DNA of 44,732 bases, taken from positions 1 to 44,732 of the forward strand of contig PTLN01000002.1 of the NCBI GenBank assembly GCA_002938125.1, written 5' to 3'. This document shows, piece after piece, positions 1 through 9,942 of the stretch. The notes under the pieces were generated by a model, which was given only the letters and a program-made list of their open reading frames with translations, had not been told where the DNA came from and made no database searches. Numbering within the stretch: position 1 is the first letter of the stretch; each line of letters opens with the position of its first letter. Both the position numbers and the translations under genes were made by a program. Source of the stretch: Alphaproteobacteria bacterium MarineAlpha2_Bin1. Its GTDB lineage: Bacteria > Pseudomonadota > Alphaproteobacteria > SHVP01.

Positions 1-1615
1 AATCTAGAGAAGCGTCTAGCAGTTTATTAGTATATTCTTTTTTAGGTTCTGTAAAAATCTGAGTAGACGTACCTATCTCAATTATTTTTCCGCTTTTTAA
101 CACAATTACTTTATCTGATAATGCTCTTATAACTCTAAGGTCGTGACTAATAAAAACATAAGTAAGATTATATTTTTCCTTTAATTCCCATAGTAAATCA
201 ATTATCTGATTCTGAACTGTTTTGTCTAAAGCAGATGTTGGTTCATCCAAAATAATTAATTTTGGTTTTAAAATTATAGATCTTGCAATTGATATTCGCT
301 GTCTTTGGCCACCAGAAAATTCATGCGGGTAACGGTTCTGTAGACTGCAGTCAATGCCCACATCTTTTAAAGCTTGATTAATTTTCGTTGACTGTTCTTC
401 TTTATTCAATTTTTTATAATGAACCTCTAATCCTTCACCTATAATTTGTTTGATTGATAATCTGGGACTAAGGCTACCAAAAGGATCTTGGAAAACTATC
501 TGCATATGCTTTCTTAATTTTCTAAGTTCCTCATTACTTATGTTTAAAAGGTCCTTATTATAAAAAAAAACAGATCCTTTGCTCATTACTAGCCTCAGAA
601 TTGCTAACGCTAAAGTTGTTTTGCCCGACCCACTTTCGCCAACTACTCCAAGAGTTTCGCCTTCATTTAAATCGAAAGATATATTTTTTAGTGCTCTAAG
701 AATGTTAATACTTTTTCTAAATAAGCCTTTTTTTATTGAATACTCTACAGACAGTTCTCTAACTTTAATAATTTCATTTCCTGAGATAACTTTATTATTT
801 TTTCTTTCCTTTAATTCAGCATTAATTAAAAGCTTAGTGTAAGTATCTTTAGCATTAGAGAAGATATCTTTTGTTATTCCTTTTTCAACAATCTTGCCGT
901 TTTTCATAACACAAATATTATCTGAAAATTTTTTAACTATGGAAAGATCATGAGTAATAAGTAGAATCGACATACCCATGCTATCTTGTAATTTTTTTAA
1001 TAAATCTAGAATCTGACTTTGAATTGTTACATCTAGTGCAGTGGTAGGTTCATCAGCAATAAGGAGAGAGGGATTATTTGCAATTGCCATGGCAATCATT
1101 ACCCTTTGTCGTTGTCCACCAGACAGTTCATGAGGGTAGGCTTGAGATCTTTTAATAATTTCTTTTAAGCCAACTATATCAAGTAGAAATTCGACCCTAT
1201 CGCTAATTTCAGGTCTTGAAAGTTTTTTAAATATTGTAACTGATTCTATAATTTGTTTTCTGATTGTGTGTAATGGATTAAGTGATGTCATTGGCTCTTG
1301 GAAAATCATAGATATTTTTTTTCCTCTTACATCTGAAATATTATTTTCGTGTGATTGAAGATACTCCTTTCCTTCTATTTTTATGGACCCAGATATATAT
1401 TCAGCACTATGTCTTGGAAGTAGTTGTAATATTGATAAGGCGCTTACAGACTTACCTGAGCCGGACTCTCCAACTAAAGCAAGAGTCTGGTTACCATTTA
1501 TTGAAAATGTCACATTATTCAATACCTGAGTTCTTATATTACTTCTTTTAAATGCAACTGATAAATTTCTAACTTCTAAGAAATTTATGTCAGTTAAAGA
1601 TTTTTCTTGGGTCAA
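1..1615 (-). CDS. yejF: ABC transporter ATP-binding protein with duplicated ATPase domains (YejF-like); the 3' end runs off the window edge
   Basis: It is absent from the ORF track because it is edge-truncated. My hand translation of the minus strand gives two Walker A motifs ([16 protein letters not shown]), two ABC signatures ([16 protein letters not shown]) and two Walker B motifs ([24 protein letters not shown]). The probable TTG start at 1615 overlaps the yejE stop, and that start is uncertain. The plus-strand ORFs 579..842 and 1351..1551 are antisense shadows. Confidence 0.8.
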   Translation of the reverse strand, partial: MTQEKSLTDINFLEVRNLSVAFKRSNIRTQVLNNVTFSINGNQTLALVGESGSGKSVSALSILQLLPRHSAEYISGSIKIEGKEYLQSHENNISDVRGKKISMIFQEPMTSLNPLHTIRKQIIESVTIFKKLSRPEISDRVEFLLDIVGLKEIIKRSQAYPHELSGGQRQRVMIAMAIANNPSLLIADEPTTALDVTIQSQILDLLKKLQDSMGMSILLITHDLSIVKKFSDNICVMKNGKIVEKGITKDIFSNAKDTYTKLLINAELKERKNNKVISGNEIIKVRELSVEYSIKKGLFRKSINILRALKNISFDLNEGETLGVVGESGSGKTTLALAILRLVMSKGSVFFYNKDLLNISNEELRKLRKHMQIVFQDPFGSLSPRLSIKQIIGEGLEVHYKKLNKEEQSTKINQALKDVGIDCSLQNRYPHEFSGGQRQRISIARSIILKPKLIILDEPTSALDKTVQNQIIDLLWELKEKYNLTYVFISHDLRVIRALSDKVIVLKSGKIIEIGTSTQIFTEPKKEYTNKLLDASLD

Positions 1616-2633
1616 AAGCGTCTCTCACTGCCTCTCCGATAAAAACTACCAATGTTAAAATTATTGCGATTGAAAAAAATGATGTAATACCAAGCCACGG
1701 AGCTTGTAAATTTGACTTCCCTTGTTGAAGCATTTCACCTAGTGAAGGTGAACCAGGAGGTAATCCAAAGCCAAGAAAATCCAGGGCAGTAAGACTTGTA
1801 ATTGATCCTGCTAAGATAAATGGTAAAAAGGTAATCGTTGCCACCATGGCATTAGGAAGAATATGTCTAAAAATTATTGTATTATTTTTTACACCTAAAG
1901 CTGTGGCTGCTCGAACATACTCAAAATTCCTTGTTTTAAGAAATTCTGCTCTAACGACACCTACTAAAGACATCCAGCTAAATAGCAGTAAAATAAAAAG
2001 TAAAGACCAAAACCCTGGAGTTATAATTGCTGCAAGAATAATTAATAGGTATAATAAAGGTATACTTTCCCAAACCTCAATGAATCTTTGGAAAGTAAGA
2101 TCAATTATTCCACCAAAATATCCTTGAATAGCTCCCGCTCCAACACCGATAATTGAGCTTAGTGAAGTTAAAATTAAACCAAACAAAAGAGAAATTCTAA
2201 ATCCATATATTAAACGCGCGAAAACATCCCTACCCTGATCGTCAGTTCCTAGCCAATTTATACCATCGGGAGGTGAAGGTGCTGGTGATTTTAATTCATA
2301 ATTAATTGTATCATGGCTAAATGGAATTAACGGCCATATCATCCAGCCCTTTTTTTGAATTAATTCTTTTACAAATGGATCTCGGTAATCAGTATTTGTC
2401 TCAAATTCACCATCAAATACTGTTTCAGGGTAATCAATTAGTATAGGTAAATAGATTTTGTTTTCAAAAAAAATTATAATAGGTCGTTCATTTGCTATAA
2501 AATTTGCAAATATGGAAGTTATAAATAAAAAAATTAGAATTATAAATGAGTAAAAACCACGTCTATTTTTCTTGAAATTATTTAGTCTCCTGGAATTTAT
2601 ATTTGATAAGCTAAATAAATGAGGATTTTTCAT
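1590..2633 (-). CDS. yejE: Peptide/opine-type ABC transporter permease (YejE/OppC-like)
   Basis: A multi-TM protein with an OppC/DppC-like N-terminal region and an EAA-type loop region. It sits in a yejA-B-E-F gene order. Confidence 0.8.
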   Translation of the reverse strand: MKNPHLFSLSNINSRRLNNFKKNRRGFYSFIILIFLFITSIFANFIANERPIIIFFENKIYLPILIDYPETVFDGEFETNTDYRDPFVKELIQKKGWMIWPLIPFSHDTINYELKSPAPSPPDGINWLGTDDQGRDVFARLIYGFRISLLFGLILTSLSSIIGVGAGAIQGYFGGIIDLTFQRFIEVWESIPLLYLLIILAAIITPGFWSLLFILLLFSWMSLVGVVRAEFLKTRNFEYVRAATALGVKNNTIIFRHILPNAMVATITFLPFILAGSITSLTALDFLGFGLPPGSPSLGEMLQQGKSNLQAPWLGITSFFSIAIILTLVVFIGEAVRDAFDPRKIFN

Positions 2634-2638
2634 CGTAT

Positions 2639-3775
2639 TTATCTACTTTCAAAATCAATTCTTGGATCAACAAAAACATAAGCAATATCCCGAGCAATTG
2701 CTAAAACTAACCCTAAAAGAGTAAAAATATATAAGGTTGAGAACATAACAGGATAATCTCTATTTATAGCAGCTTCAAAACCAAGCAAACCAAGACCGTC
2801 TAAAGAAAAAATTACTTCAATAAGGAGTGATCCTGTAAATAAAATACTAATAAAAGCGCTTGGAAATCCCGCGATTACAATTATCATTGCATTTCGAAAT
2901 ATGTGACCATAAAGCACTTTCTTTTCTGAAACTCCCTTTGCACGGGCAGTTAAAACGTATTGTTGATTTATTTGATCTAGGAAAGAGTTTTTTGTCAGCA
3001 TAGTAAGGCCAGCAAACCCACCAATTACAAGGGCTGTAACTGGTAGAATTATATGCCATATATAATCAAATATTTTTCCTAAAAGAGTCAAATCATTAAA
3101 ATTATCTGAGGTTAGCCCTCTTAGCGGAAAAAGATCTAAAAAAGAACCTCCAGAAAAAATGATAATTAATAGGATTGCAAACAAAAAGGACGGTATTGCT
3201 TGACCAACAATTACTAAAGTACTAGTCCACAAATCGAAACTTGTTCCATCTTTAACAGCTTTTCTTATACCAAGAGGTATGGAAATTAAATAGACAATTA
3301 GTGTAGACCACAAACCTAAAGTTATTGAAACAGGCATTTTTTCAAGAATTAAATCAATTACTGATTTATCTTGAAAAAAACTTTCACCAAAATCAAATTT
3401 TAAGTAATTCATTATCATATGAAAAAATCTATCTATGATTGGTTTATCAAATCCATACATTCTCTCAATAGATTTAATAAACTCTGGATCAAGCCCTTGG
3501 GCACCTCTATATTTTGATTCTCCTAAGATGACTTCTTGGACAGTCTCATTCATACTTTGAGAATCGGAATTCGCTGTCCCACTAACTCTGGCTGTAGCAT
3601 CAACGGCAGTGCCAGTTATTTTTGCTATCATTTGTTCTACTGGCCCGCCTGGCGCAGTTTGAATTATAGCAAAGTTTATAACCATTATTACAAACAATGT
3701 TGGTATAATTAATATTAGTCTTCGGAGTATATATGATGTAATTTTATTCTCCTTTAAATTATATAAAAAATACAA
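2639..3775 (-). CDS. yejB: Peptide/opine-type ABC transporter permease (YejB/OppB-like)
   Basis: The N-terminus ([28 protein letters not shown]) and the C-terminal DPRI motif are typical of OppB/DppB-family permeases. Operon context supports the call. Confidence 0.8.
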   Translation of the reverse strand: MYFLYNLKENKITSYILRRLILIIPTLFVIMVINFAIIQTAPGGPVEQMIAKITGTAVDATARVSGTANSDSQSMNETVQEVILGESKYRGAQGLDPEFIKSIERMYGFDKPIIDRFFHMIMNYLKFDFGESFFQDKSVIDLILEKMPVSITLGLWSTLIVYLISIPLGIRKAVKDGTSFDLWTSTLVIVGQAIPSFLFAILLIIIFSGGSFLDLFPLRGLTSDNFNDLTLLGKIFDYIWHIILPVTALVIGGFAGLTMLTKNSFLDQINQQYVLTARAKGVSEKKVLYGHIFRNAMIIVIAGFPSAFISILFTGSLLIEVIFSLDGLGLLGFEAAINRDYPVMFSTLYIFTLLGLVLAIARDIAYVFVDPRIDFESR

Positions 3776-3823
3776 GATAATTTAGAAGAAAATCTATGAT
3801 TAAATTTTAAAAATCTCATAAAA

Positions 3824-5626
3824 TTATTTCAGCCACCAGGATTGAATATCTATACCAAATTTTGGTTTAGTTTCTGGTTTATTAAATTTATTCCAATAAG
3901 CTATTCTATTATTAGGAGAGTGGTATTGTGGAATAAAATAATAGTTCCAGAGTAACACTCTATCTAATGATTTTGTTGCAGCAACTAAGTTTTTTCTAGA
4001 TTGAGCAAAAACAATTTTTTCAATTAATTCGTCTATAATTGGGCTATTTATACCTGCTAAGTTTCTCCCTCCTGGGGTTTTCGCCGAATTTGAACTCCAA
4101 TAGTTTCTTTGTTCATTCCCTGGGTTGAACGACTGAGGTATAGTTGTAACAATCATATCAAAATCATAATTGTTTATTCTTTCTATATATTGTGATGAGT
4201 CCAGAACTTGAATTTTGCAAAAAATTCCGAGTTTTTGAAGGTTTTTTGTAAATGGTAGAATTACTCTTTCTAAGCTCGGTTGAACTATAATAATATTGAA
4301 TTTAAACGGTTCGTCTGTTTTAGAGTTAATTAACTTATTATTTTTTATTAACCAACCATTTTGACCAAGGATTTTCTTAGCTATTTTTAATTGGCCCCTT
4401 ATATTGCCGCTTCCATTAGATATTGGAAGAGAGAATTCTTGATCAAATATATCACTAGGTAAAATATTCTTATATTTATTTAAATAATCCAATTCCAATC
4501 CAATTGGTATACCGCTTGATGCTAAATCCGTATTCTGAAAAAAACTTGTTGTTCGTCTGTACTGATTATAAAAAATATTTTTGTTTAACCATTCAAAATC
4601 AAAAACTAGGCTGATTGCTTTTCGTACTTCTCGATTTTTAAAAAATGATTTTCTTGTGTTAAATACAAAAGCTTGCATTCCAGGGGATCGAGAAATAGGA
4701 ATCTCTTCTTTTATTACTTTACCTTTCTTTACTGCATCAAAATTAAACCCAGTGGCCCAACCTTTCGCTTGATATTCATTATAAATATCAAATTGACCAG
4801 ATTTAAATGCTTCGCGAGCTACGGTCAAATCTCTATAATAGTCATATTGAATAAGGTCAAAATTATATCTACCTTTATTAACTGGTAACTCTTTCCCCCA
4901 ATAATCTCTAACTCTTTCATAAATAATATACCTGCCTGCTTCAAATTTTGCTATTTTATATGGTCCACTACCCAAGGGTATATCAAGGCTTGCTTTACTA
5001 AAATTTTTATCTTTAAAATAGTGTTTAGGCAAAATATAAAGTTCACCCAAAATATTTGGCATTTCTCTATTATTTTTAATACTCATGTGAAATTTTACAG
5101 TATGTTTATCTAAGGCTTCTACTTTAGATACGTTCTTATAATACGATTTATAAAAAGGGCTTCCTTTTTTTGTCAAAGTATTGAAAGAAAATACTACATC
5201 ATCCGATAAAATTGGATTTCCATCATGCCAAGACGCATTTGTCCTTAAATTAAATTTAACCCAGGAATAGTCTTTCGGAAACTCAACATTTTCAGCAATA
5301 AGGCCGTACAATGTGCTTTTGTCTACCTCATCTCTAGAACCAGTCATTAATGTTTCGTATATTAGAGATATACCTGCTGCAGCGTTACCAGAAATAATGA
5401 AAGGGTTAAATGAGTTATATGTTCTAAGCGCTAAGCGTTTTAAATGGCCTTTTTTTGGTGCACTTGGATTTGCATAATCGAAATGTTTAAAATTTTTAGT
5501 ATATTTTGGTTCTCCATAAAGAGAGATTGCATGTTTTTGCTCAGCAAAAACATGAGGTTGGATCGAGAAGACTAAGCAAATTATAAAAAAATATCTAATA
5601 AAGTAGAACATTAAGAACCTTTTCAA
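3824..5626 (-). CDS. yejA: ABC transporter substrate-binding protein, family 5 (YejA-like), secreted
   Basis: About 600 aa with an N-terminal signal peptide (…FSIQPHVFA/EQ) and family-5 SBP length and architecture. It is the first gene of the yej operon. The track start is TTG at 5626; an ATG at 5611 is an equally plausible start. Confidence 0.75.
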   Translation of the reverse strand: MKRFLMFYFIRYFFIICLVFSIQPHVFAEQKHAISLYGEPKYTKNFKHFDYANPSAPKKGHLKRLALRTYNSFNPFIISGNAAAGISLIYETLMTGSRDEVDKSTLYGLIAENVEFPKDYSWVKFNLRTNASWHDGNPILSDDVVFSFNTLTKKGSPFYKSYYKNVSKVEALDKHTVKFHMSIKNNREMPNILGELYILPKHYFKDKNFSKASLDIPLGSGPYKIAKFEAGRYIIYERVRDYWGKELPVNKGRYNFDLIQYDYYRDLTVAREAFKSGQFDIYNEYQAKGWATGFNFDAVKKGKVIKEEIPISRSPGMQAFVFNTRKSFFKNREVRKAISLVFDFEWLNKNIFYNQYRRTTSFFQNTDLASSGIPIGLELDYLNKYKNILPSDIFDQEFSLPISNGSGNIRGQLKIAKKILGQNGWLIKNNKLINSKTDEPFKFNIIIVQPSLERVILPFTKNLQKLGIFCKIQVLDSSQYIERINNYDFDMIVTTIPQSFNPGNEQRNYWSSNSAKTPGGRNLAGINSPIIDELIEKIVFAQSRKNLVAATKSLDRVLLWNYYFIPQYHSPNNRIAYWNKFNKPETKPKFGIDIQSWWLK

Positions 5627-5650
5627 AAATTAGTAATATCTAATTTAAAT

Positions 5651-6430
5651 TTAATTGTTTAAAATTTTCAATGCTTTTTCATGAATTTTTACATTAGCTG
5701 AAGCAAGTATTGCTCCATCACCATTTTCAGTTAACTTTTTACCAGTCCAGTCTGATATTTTACCGCCAGAACCCTCTATTATTGGAATGATTGCTGCATA
5801 ATCCCAAAATTTCAACCCTCTTTCACAGACTATATCCACATAACCATTTGCTAACATTCCATAAGCATAACAATCACTACCCCAACTCACGGAACCTACT
5901 TGATTAATAAGTCTCAAGAACTTCGTATAATAATCTTCAGAAAACATTAAAGGGCTAGTTGCTTCTAACTTTGCTAAACTTAAGTCACTATTATTACTAC
6001 ATTTGACTAATTTACCATTATAAAAAGTTTTATTATTATAGCTAATCCATCTCTCTTTAAGAATAGGTTGGTCAATTAGTCCAAGTATAGGAAAATCATT
6101 TTTAAATACAGCTATTAGTGAACCAAAAGTTGGTTTACCATGAATAAATGCTTTTGTTCCATCAATTGGATCTAAAATCCATTTAATTTCAGAGCTATTA
6201 TTTTCATTATCATCTAAAAGCTCTTCGCCAATCACCTTGTGGTCATTGTAATGTTTTTTTATAATTTGTTTAAGTAATTTTTCAACTTCAATATCTGCAT
6301 TAGTAGCTGGGGTATTATCATTTTTGATTTTTATTACAGGATCTTTTCTGAAGTATTTTTTAATTACTTTACCACTTTCATCCGCTAATAGGGAGGCTAA
6401 ATCTGCTAAATCATTAATATCACATTCCAT
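5651..6430 (-). CDS. Inositol monophosphatase family protein (possibly histidinol-phosphatase HisN)
   Basis: It carries the IMPase motifs WILDPIDGTKAF and WDYAAIIPIIEGSGG and is about 260 aa, as for alphaproteobacterial HisN. Substrate assignment is not possible from sequence alone. Confidence 0.8.
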   Translation of the reverse strand: MECDINDLADLASLLADESGKVIKKYFRKDPVIKIKNDNTPATNADIEVEKLLKQIIKKHYNDHKVIGEELLDDNENNSSEIKWILDPIDGTKAFIHGKPTFGSLIAVFKNDFPILGLIDQPILKERWISYNNKTFYNGKLVKCSNNSDLSLAKLEATSPLMFSEDYYTKFLRLINQVGSVSWGSDCYAYGMLANGYVDIVCERGLKFWDYAAIIPIIEGSGGKISDWTGKKLTENGDGAILASANVKIHEKALKILNN

Positions 6431-6451
6431 TTGATATTACTATTTAGAGCA

Positions 6452-6994
6452 TTATTCCGGAATTGATGGGGGGCTTTCAGTAACGCTTCTAAGATATAGA
6501 ATAATATTTGCCCTATCTTTAGCTTTTCGAAGACCTGCAAATGCCATTTTTGTGCCAGGCATATATTTCTTTGGATTTTCTAAGAATAAATTAAGTTCTT
6601 CATAGCCCCATTTTCCACCAAAATTTTTTATTGCTGTTGAATAACTAAAATTATCAACAGCAGCCATAGAAGATCCTACAATATTATACAGATTCGGTCC
6701 TATTTTATTCGCACCTCCTTTAACAAAGTTATGACAGGATGAGCATTTTTTCGATACCTTTTGTCCTTTTTCAATTGAGGCGTTTGCAAGGAGAACAGGT
6801 AGTGGTATTTCTTCTTTAGGCTGTTTTGACGTAGCTACTTTGGTTTCTTGGTTAACAAGTGGGGTTTCACTATAAACTTGTTTATCAAGTTTTTTTGGGT
6901 GAATAGCGATATTTCCAATTTTTCCTAAAAGAAAGACAATCAAAATTGCTGCAATAAGCCCTCCAGCATATTTATTTAAAGTATATGCGTCCAT
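6452..6994 (-). CDS. cycM: Membrane-anchored c-type cytochrome (CycM-like)
   Basis: It has an N-terminal TM anchor, a linker, a CSSCH heme-binding motif and a distal Met (PGTKMAF) in a class I cytochrome c domain. Confidence 0.75.
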   Translation of the reverse strand: MDAYTLNKYAGGLIAAILIVFLLGKIGNIAIHPKKLDKQVYSETPLVNQETKVATSKQPKEEIPLPVLLANASIEKGQKVSKKCSSCHNFVKGGANKIGPNLYNIVGSSMAAVDNFSYSTAIKNFGGKWGYEELNLFLENPKKYMPGTKMAFAGLRKAKDRANIILYLRSVTESPPSIPE

Positions 6995-7173
6995 TTATTA
7001 AATCGCCTCCAAAAAATCTATACCCAAATATTGACTAATTTTGATATTTTATCAACTTAGAAAGCGCAAAAGAGGGCTATAATGGCAAAAAATTGTATAT
7101 AAATTAAATTATCTTTATTTTTTCAACAGTAACAATATAAAGTGACAAAATTAGTTTAAAAAAGAAAAATACA

Positions 7174-7899
7174 ATGAAAACCATTATTTTAATACCATCC
7201 AGACTTGCTTCTACCAGATTACCCAATAAACCTCTTAAAAATATAGCTGGTTTACCAATGATAGTAAGGGTTATGGAATGTGCTAAAAAAGCAAACATGG
7301 GAGAGGTTTGTGTTGCAACCCCCGACAAAGAAATAGATATTGTAGTAAAAGAAGCAGGTGGAAATTCTATTTTGACACAATATAACCATGAATCTGGAAC
7401 TGATAGAGTGATGGAAAGTCTAAATATAATTGACCCTGATAGAAAATTTGAAAAGATTATCAATTTACAAGGCGACATCCCTCTGATGCCTCCAGATTAT
7501 ATAAAAATTGCGGCAGGTTTGTTAAGTGATGAAAAAGTAGATATAGGTACTTTGATTACTCCCCTAGATAAAGATAGAATACAAAACTTTAATAAAGTTA
7601 AAGTTGCAATAGGATTGAAGAAAAATAATTTAACTGGTAAGGCTATCTATTTTTCAAGAGCTCCGGTGCCTGCAAATAAAGGAGATTATTATGAGCATAT
7701 AGGCATATATGCATACAAAAGAAATGTTCTTGAAAGGTTTTGTAGGAATTCCCAGACTGTTTTAGAAAAAAGAGAAAAATTAGAACAGTTAAGGGCTCTT
7801 GAACTTGGAATGAATATTCACGTCTCCATAGTCGATAAATCCCCCATAGGTGTTGATACATATGAAGATTTAGAAACTGTAAGAAAAAAATTTTTGTAA
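7174..7899 (+). CDS. kdsB: 3-deoxy-manno-octulosonate cytidylyltransferase (CMP-KDO synthetase)
   Basis: The N-terminus IIPSRLASTRLPNKPL and the motifs NLQGDIP and GIYAY are typical of KdsB. The minus-strand ORF 7104..7478 is an antisense shadow. Confidence 0.9.
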   Translation: MKTIILIPSRLASTRLPNKPLKNIAGLPMIVRVMECAKKANMGEVCVATPDKEIDIVVKEAGGNSILTQYNHESGTDRVMESLNIIDPDRKFEKIINLQGDIPLMPPDYIKIAAGLLSDEKVDIGTLITPLDKDRIQNFNKVKVAIGLKKNNLTGKAIYFSRAPVPANKGDYYEHIGIYAYKRNVLERFCRNSQTVLEKREKLEQLRALELGMNIHVSIVDKSPIGVDTYEDLETVRKKFL

Positions 7900-7918
7900 T
7901 TTTAAATAGGGTTTATGT

Positions 7919-8767
7919 TTGATGTTAAAAAACAATACCATTTCTTTTCAAGGTGATTATGGTGCTAATTCACATTTAGCATGTAAAAATGTTTATCCAG
8001 AAATGAAGGTTCTTCCCTGTGACACATTTGAAGATGTATTTGAGTCTGTAAAAAGTGGAAAATCTTCATTAGCAATGATACCGATTGAAAATAGTGTAGC
8101 AGGGAGGGTTGCTGATATTCATTATTTATTACCTGATTCTGGATTATTTATAATTAAAGAACATTTTCAAAAGGTTAATCATTGTTTATTAGCTAAAAAA
8201 GAAACAAACCTGAAGGATTTAAAAAATGTGTATAGTCATATTCAAGCTTTGAGCCAGTGTAGAAAAAATTTACACAAGCTAAATCTTACTTCAAGGGTAT
8301 ATGCTGATACAGCTGGTGCTGCCAAAAAAATCTCCTTAAGTAATAAAAAATCAGATGGAGCTATTGCTTCAGAATTTGCATCTGAGATATACAAGCTTAA
8401 AATTTTGATTAAGAATTTTGAAGATGAGGAACATAATACTACAAGATTTGTGATATTGTCGAAAGAGGAGAGAAGACCTCATCTGCGATCTGGAAAAGCT
8501 ATTACATCATTTGTTTTTCAAGTCAGGAATGTACCTTCAGCTTTGTATAAAGCTATGGGTGGTTTTGCTACAAATAATATAAATATGACTAAATTAGAGA
8601 GCTATCAATTGAAAGGTAGTTTTACAGCTACTCAGTTTTATGCTGATGTTGAGGGACATTTAGAAGATGAGGGTTTAAAATTAGCAATGGAGGAGCTAAA
8701 GTTCTATACAAGTAAATTAATTATACTAGGTGTTTATTCTGCTGATAGACTTAGAGAAAAAATCTAG
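7919..8767 (+). CDS. pheA: Prephenate dehydratase (monofunctional, with C-terminal ACT domain)
   Basis: FQGDYGANSH, IPIENSVAGRV and the TTRF motif are followed by an ACT-like domain (TSFVFQVRNVPSALYKAMGGF). Confidence 0.9.
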   Translation: MMLKNNTISFQGDYGANSHLACKNVYPEMKVLPCDTFEDVFESVKSGKSSLAMIPIENSVAGRVADIHYLLPDSGLFIIKEHFQKVNHCLLAKKETNLKDLKNVYSHIQALSQCRKNLHKLNLTSRVYADTAGAAKKISLSNKKSDGAIASEFASEIYKLKILIKNFEDEEHNTTRFVILSKEERRPHLRSGKAITSFVFQVRNVPSALYKAMGGFATNNINMTKLESYQLKGSFTATQFYADVEGHLEDEGLKLAMEELKFYTSKLIILGVYSADRLREKI

Positions 8768-9734
8768 GATTTTCAGCCCAATATTTTAATAAATGATGTG
8801 CGATTGCTATAGGTGGTGGAAGAAGTAATTTTTCAGAATTGTCAACGATGGTTTTTTCTAACGGATCTCCCTTAGATAATTTTGCTTTTTTAAGTGCCGA
8901 TAAAATTAATTCTCTTTCAACCCATTTTGCTTCAACTATTTCTTCTTCATCGATTACAATATTTGTATTTTCAGCCTCTGCAATGCAGCCAATCATTAAA
9001 GAGGAAGGGTATGGCCATGGTTGTGATGAGTGATAAACTATATTTTTTACCTTAATTGCTATCTCTTCAAATACCTCTCTGTTAACAGCAGACTCAATAC
9101 TCTCTCCGGGTTCAACAAAACCTGCTAGGACAGAAAAAAAATTTTTAGGAAAGTTAGATTGCCTTCCAACAACGCAATTTCCTTTATTGAATACAAGCAT
9201 AATGACAACTGGATCAGTTCTGGGAAATATTTCATTATTACAATTGATGTCACTACAGATTTCAACATGTCCACCATGGAAGCTTTTTGTGCTATTTCCA
9301 CACCTGGGGCAAAAATTATTATTTAATTTCCAATTTATCATAGATCTTGCTTGGGCAAGTATTGAAGAATCTTCATTGGAAAGACACATAGCTGCTTTTC
9401 TAACTTCCTGAAATATAATGCCATTGAATAATTTTTCGTTATTAATATCAATATCTGAAATATCGAATGCAAAGTAAGGTTCCTCATCTTTGAGCCCAAG
9501 AAAAATAAGATTATTAATACTGATTTTATAATCACTTATATGATTAAAATTTAGATATTTTATACAGAATGAATTATCTTTTGTTTGAATTGGGGCCATC
9601 AGGTTAAGCATTGGTAAAAACTTAGCATTGGGATGTTTTACTTGAGAAGATATCCAATCAGTATTTTTTCTTATATTGCCAGATCTATCCAACGTGTTTC
9701 CGGCAAAAGTATTGAAATTTCGTAAATCAGGCAT
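8751..9734 (-). CDS. nudC: NADH pyrophosphatase (Nudix hydrolase with zinc ribbon)
   Basis: It has a zinc ribbon (CPRCG…CSDINC) followed by the Nudix box GFVEPGESIESAVNREVFEE. Its 3' end overlaps the pheA 3' end by 17 nt. Confidence 0.85.
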   Translation of the reverse strand: MPDLRNFNTFAGNTLDRSGNIRKNTDWISSQVKHPNAKFLPMLNLMAPIQTKDNSFCIKYLNFNHISDYKISINNLIFLGLKDEEPYFAFDISDIDINNEKLFNGIIFQEVRKAAMCLSNEDSSILAQARSMINWKLNNNFCPRCGNSTKSFHGGHVEICSDINCNNEIFPRTDPVVIMLVFNKGNCVVGRQSNFPKNFFSVLAGFVEPGESIESAVNREVFEEIAIKVKNIVYHSSQPWPYPSSLMIGCIAEAENTNIVIDEEEIVEAKWVERELILSALKKAKLSKGDPLEKTIVDNSEKLLLPPPIAIAHHLLKYWAENPRFFL

Positions 9735-9804
9735 TTTTTTATATAAATTTTTTTATCATAATTTTAAGTATTGGGTTAATAGGTAAACATACTATATAAT
9801 GTTT

Positions 9805-9900
9805 GTAGGAGGCTAGTATTGGGCAATGAATTTGCCAACCCGGTCAGGTCGAAAGAAGCAGCCGTAACAAATTTCTTTGGGTCGATTTCTAGTCTCCTAC
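9805..9900 (+). ncRNA. ffs: Signal recognition particle RNA (small bacterial 4.5S type)
   Basis: CCCGGTCAGGTC-GAAA-GAAGCAGCCGTAAC matches the conserved domain IV core of E. coli 4.5S RNA (GGUCAGGUCC-GGAA-GGAAGCAGCC) with a GNRA loop. The terminal stem GTAGGAGGCTAG / CTAGTCTCCTAC closes the molecule with one G-U pair. It lies directly upstream of dnaX. Confidence 0.85.
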
Positions 9901-9942
9901 CTTTATAAGTTAAATTAAATTGAATAACTTTCCAATTTATAA

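Noticed and set aside
579-1551. Plus-strand ORFs 579..842 and 1351..1551
   Set aside because: They lie entirely antisense to the well-supported yejF ATPase, whose minus-strand translation has both Walker A/B sets. Their translations are low-complexity, so they are shadow ORFs.
5627-5647. AT-only inverted repeat AAATTAG-TAATAT-CTAATTT between the IMPase-family gene and yejA
   Set aside because: It is a 7-bp stem made only of A-T pairs with negligible predicted stability, so it is likely a chance feature of AT-rich spacer DNA.
7104-7478. Minus-strand 124-aa ORF overlapping the kdsB start, plus similar internal antisense ORFs (for example 1846..2127, 2847..3059 (same-strand alternative frame inside yejB), 4581..4888, 7643..7861, 8839..9535, 11668..11880, 13333..13548, 16015..16827, 18783..19046, 19801..20190, 21194..21382, 22005..22271, 25546..25806, 26797..27708, 28824..29012, 30421..31592, 32135..32905, 35221..35502, 37813..38067, 39409..39624, 40507..40734, 42960..43235, 44464..44694)
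   Set aside because: Each is nested within a longer ORF with clear family motifs, mostly antisense and in one case in an alternative frame on the same strand. Their translations are Ile/Leu/Ser/Phe-rich with no motifs, as expected for shadows in AT-rich DNA.
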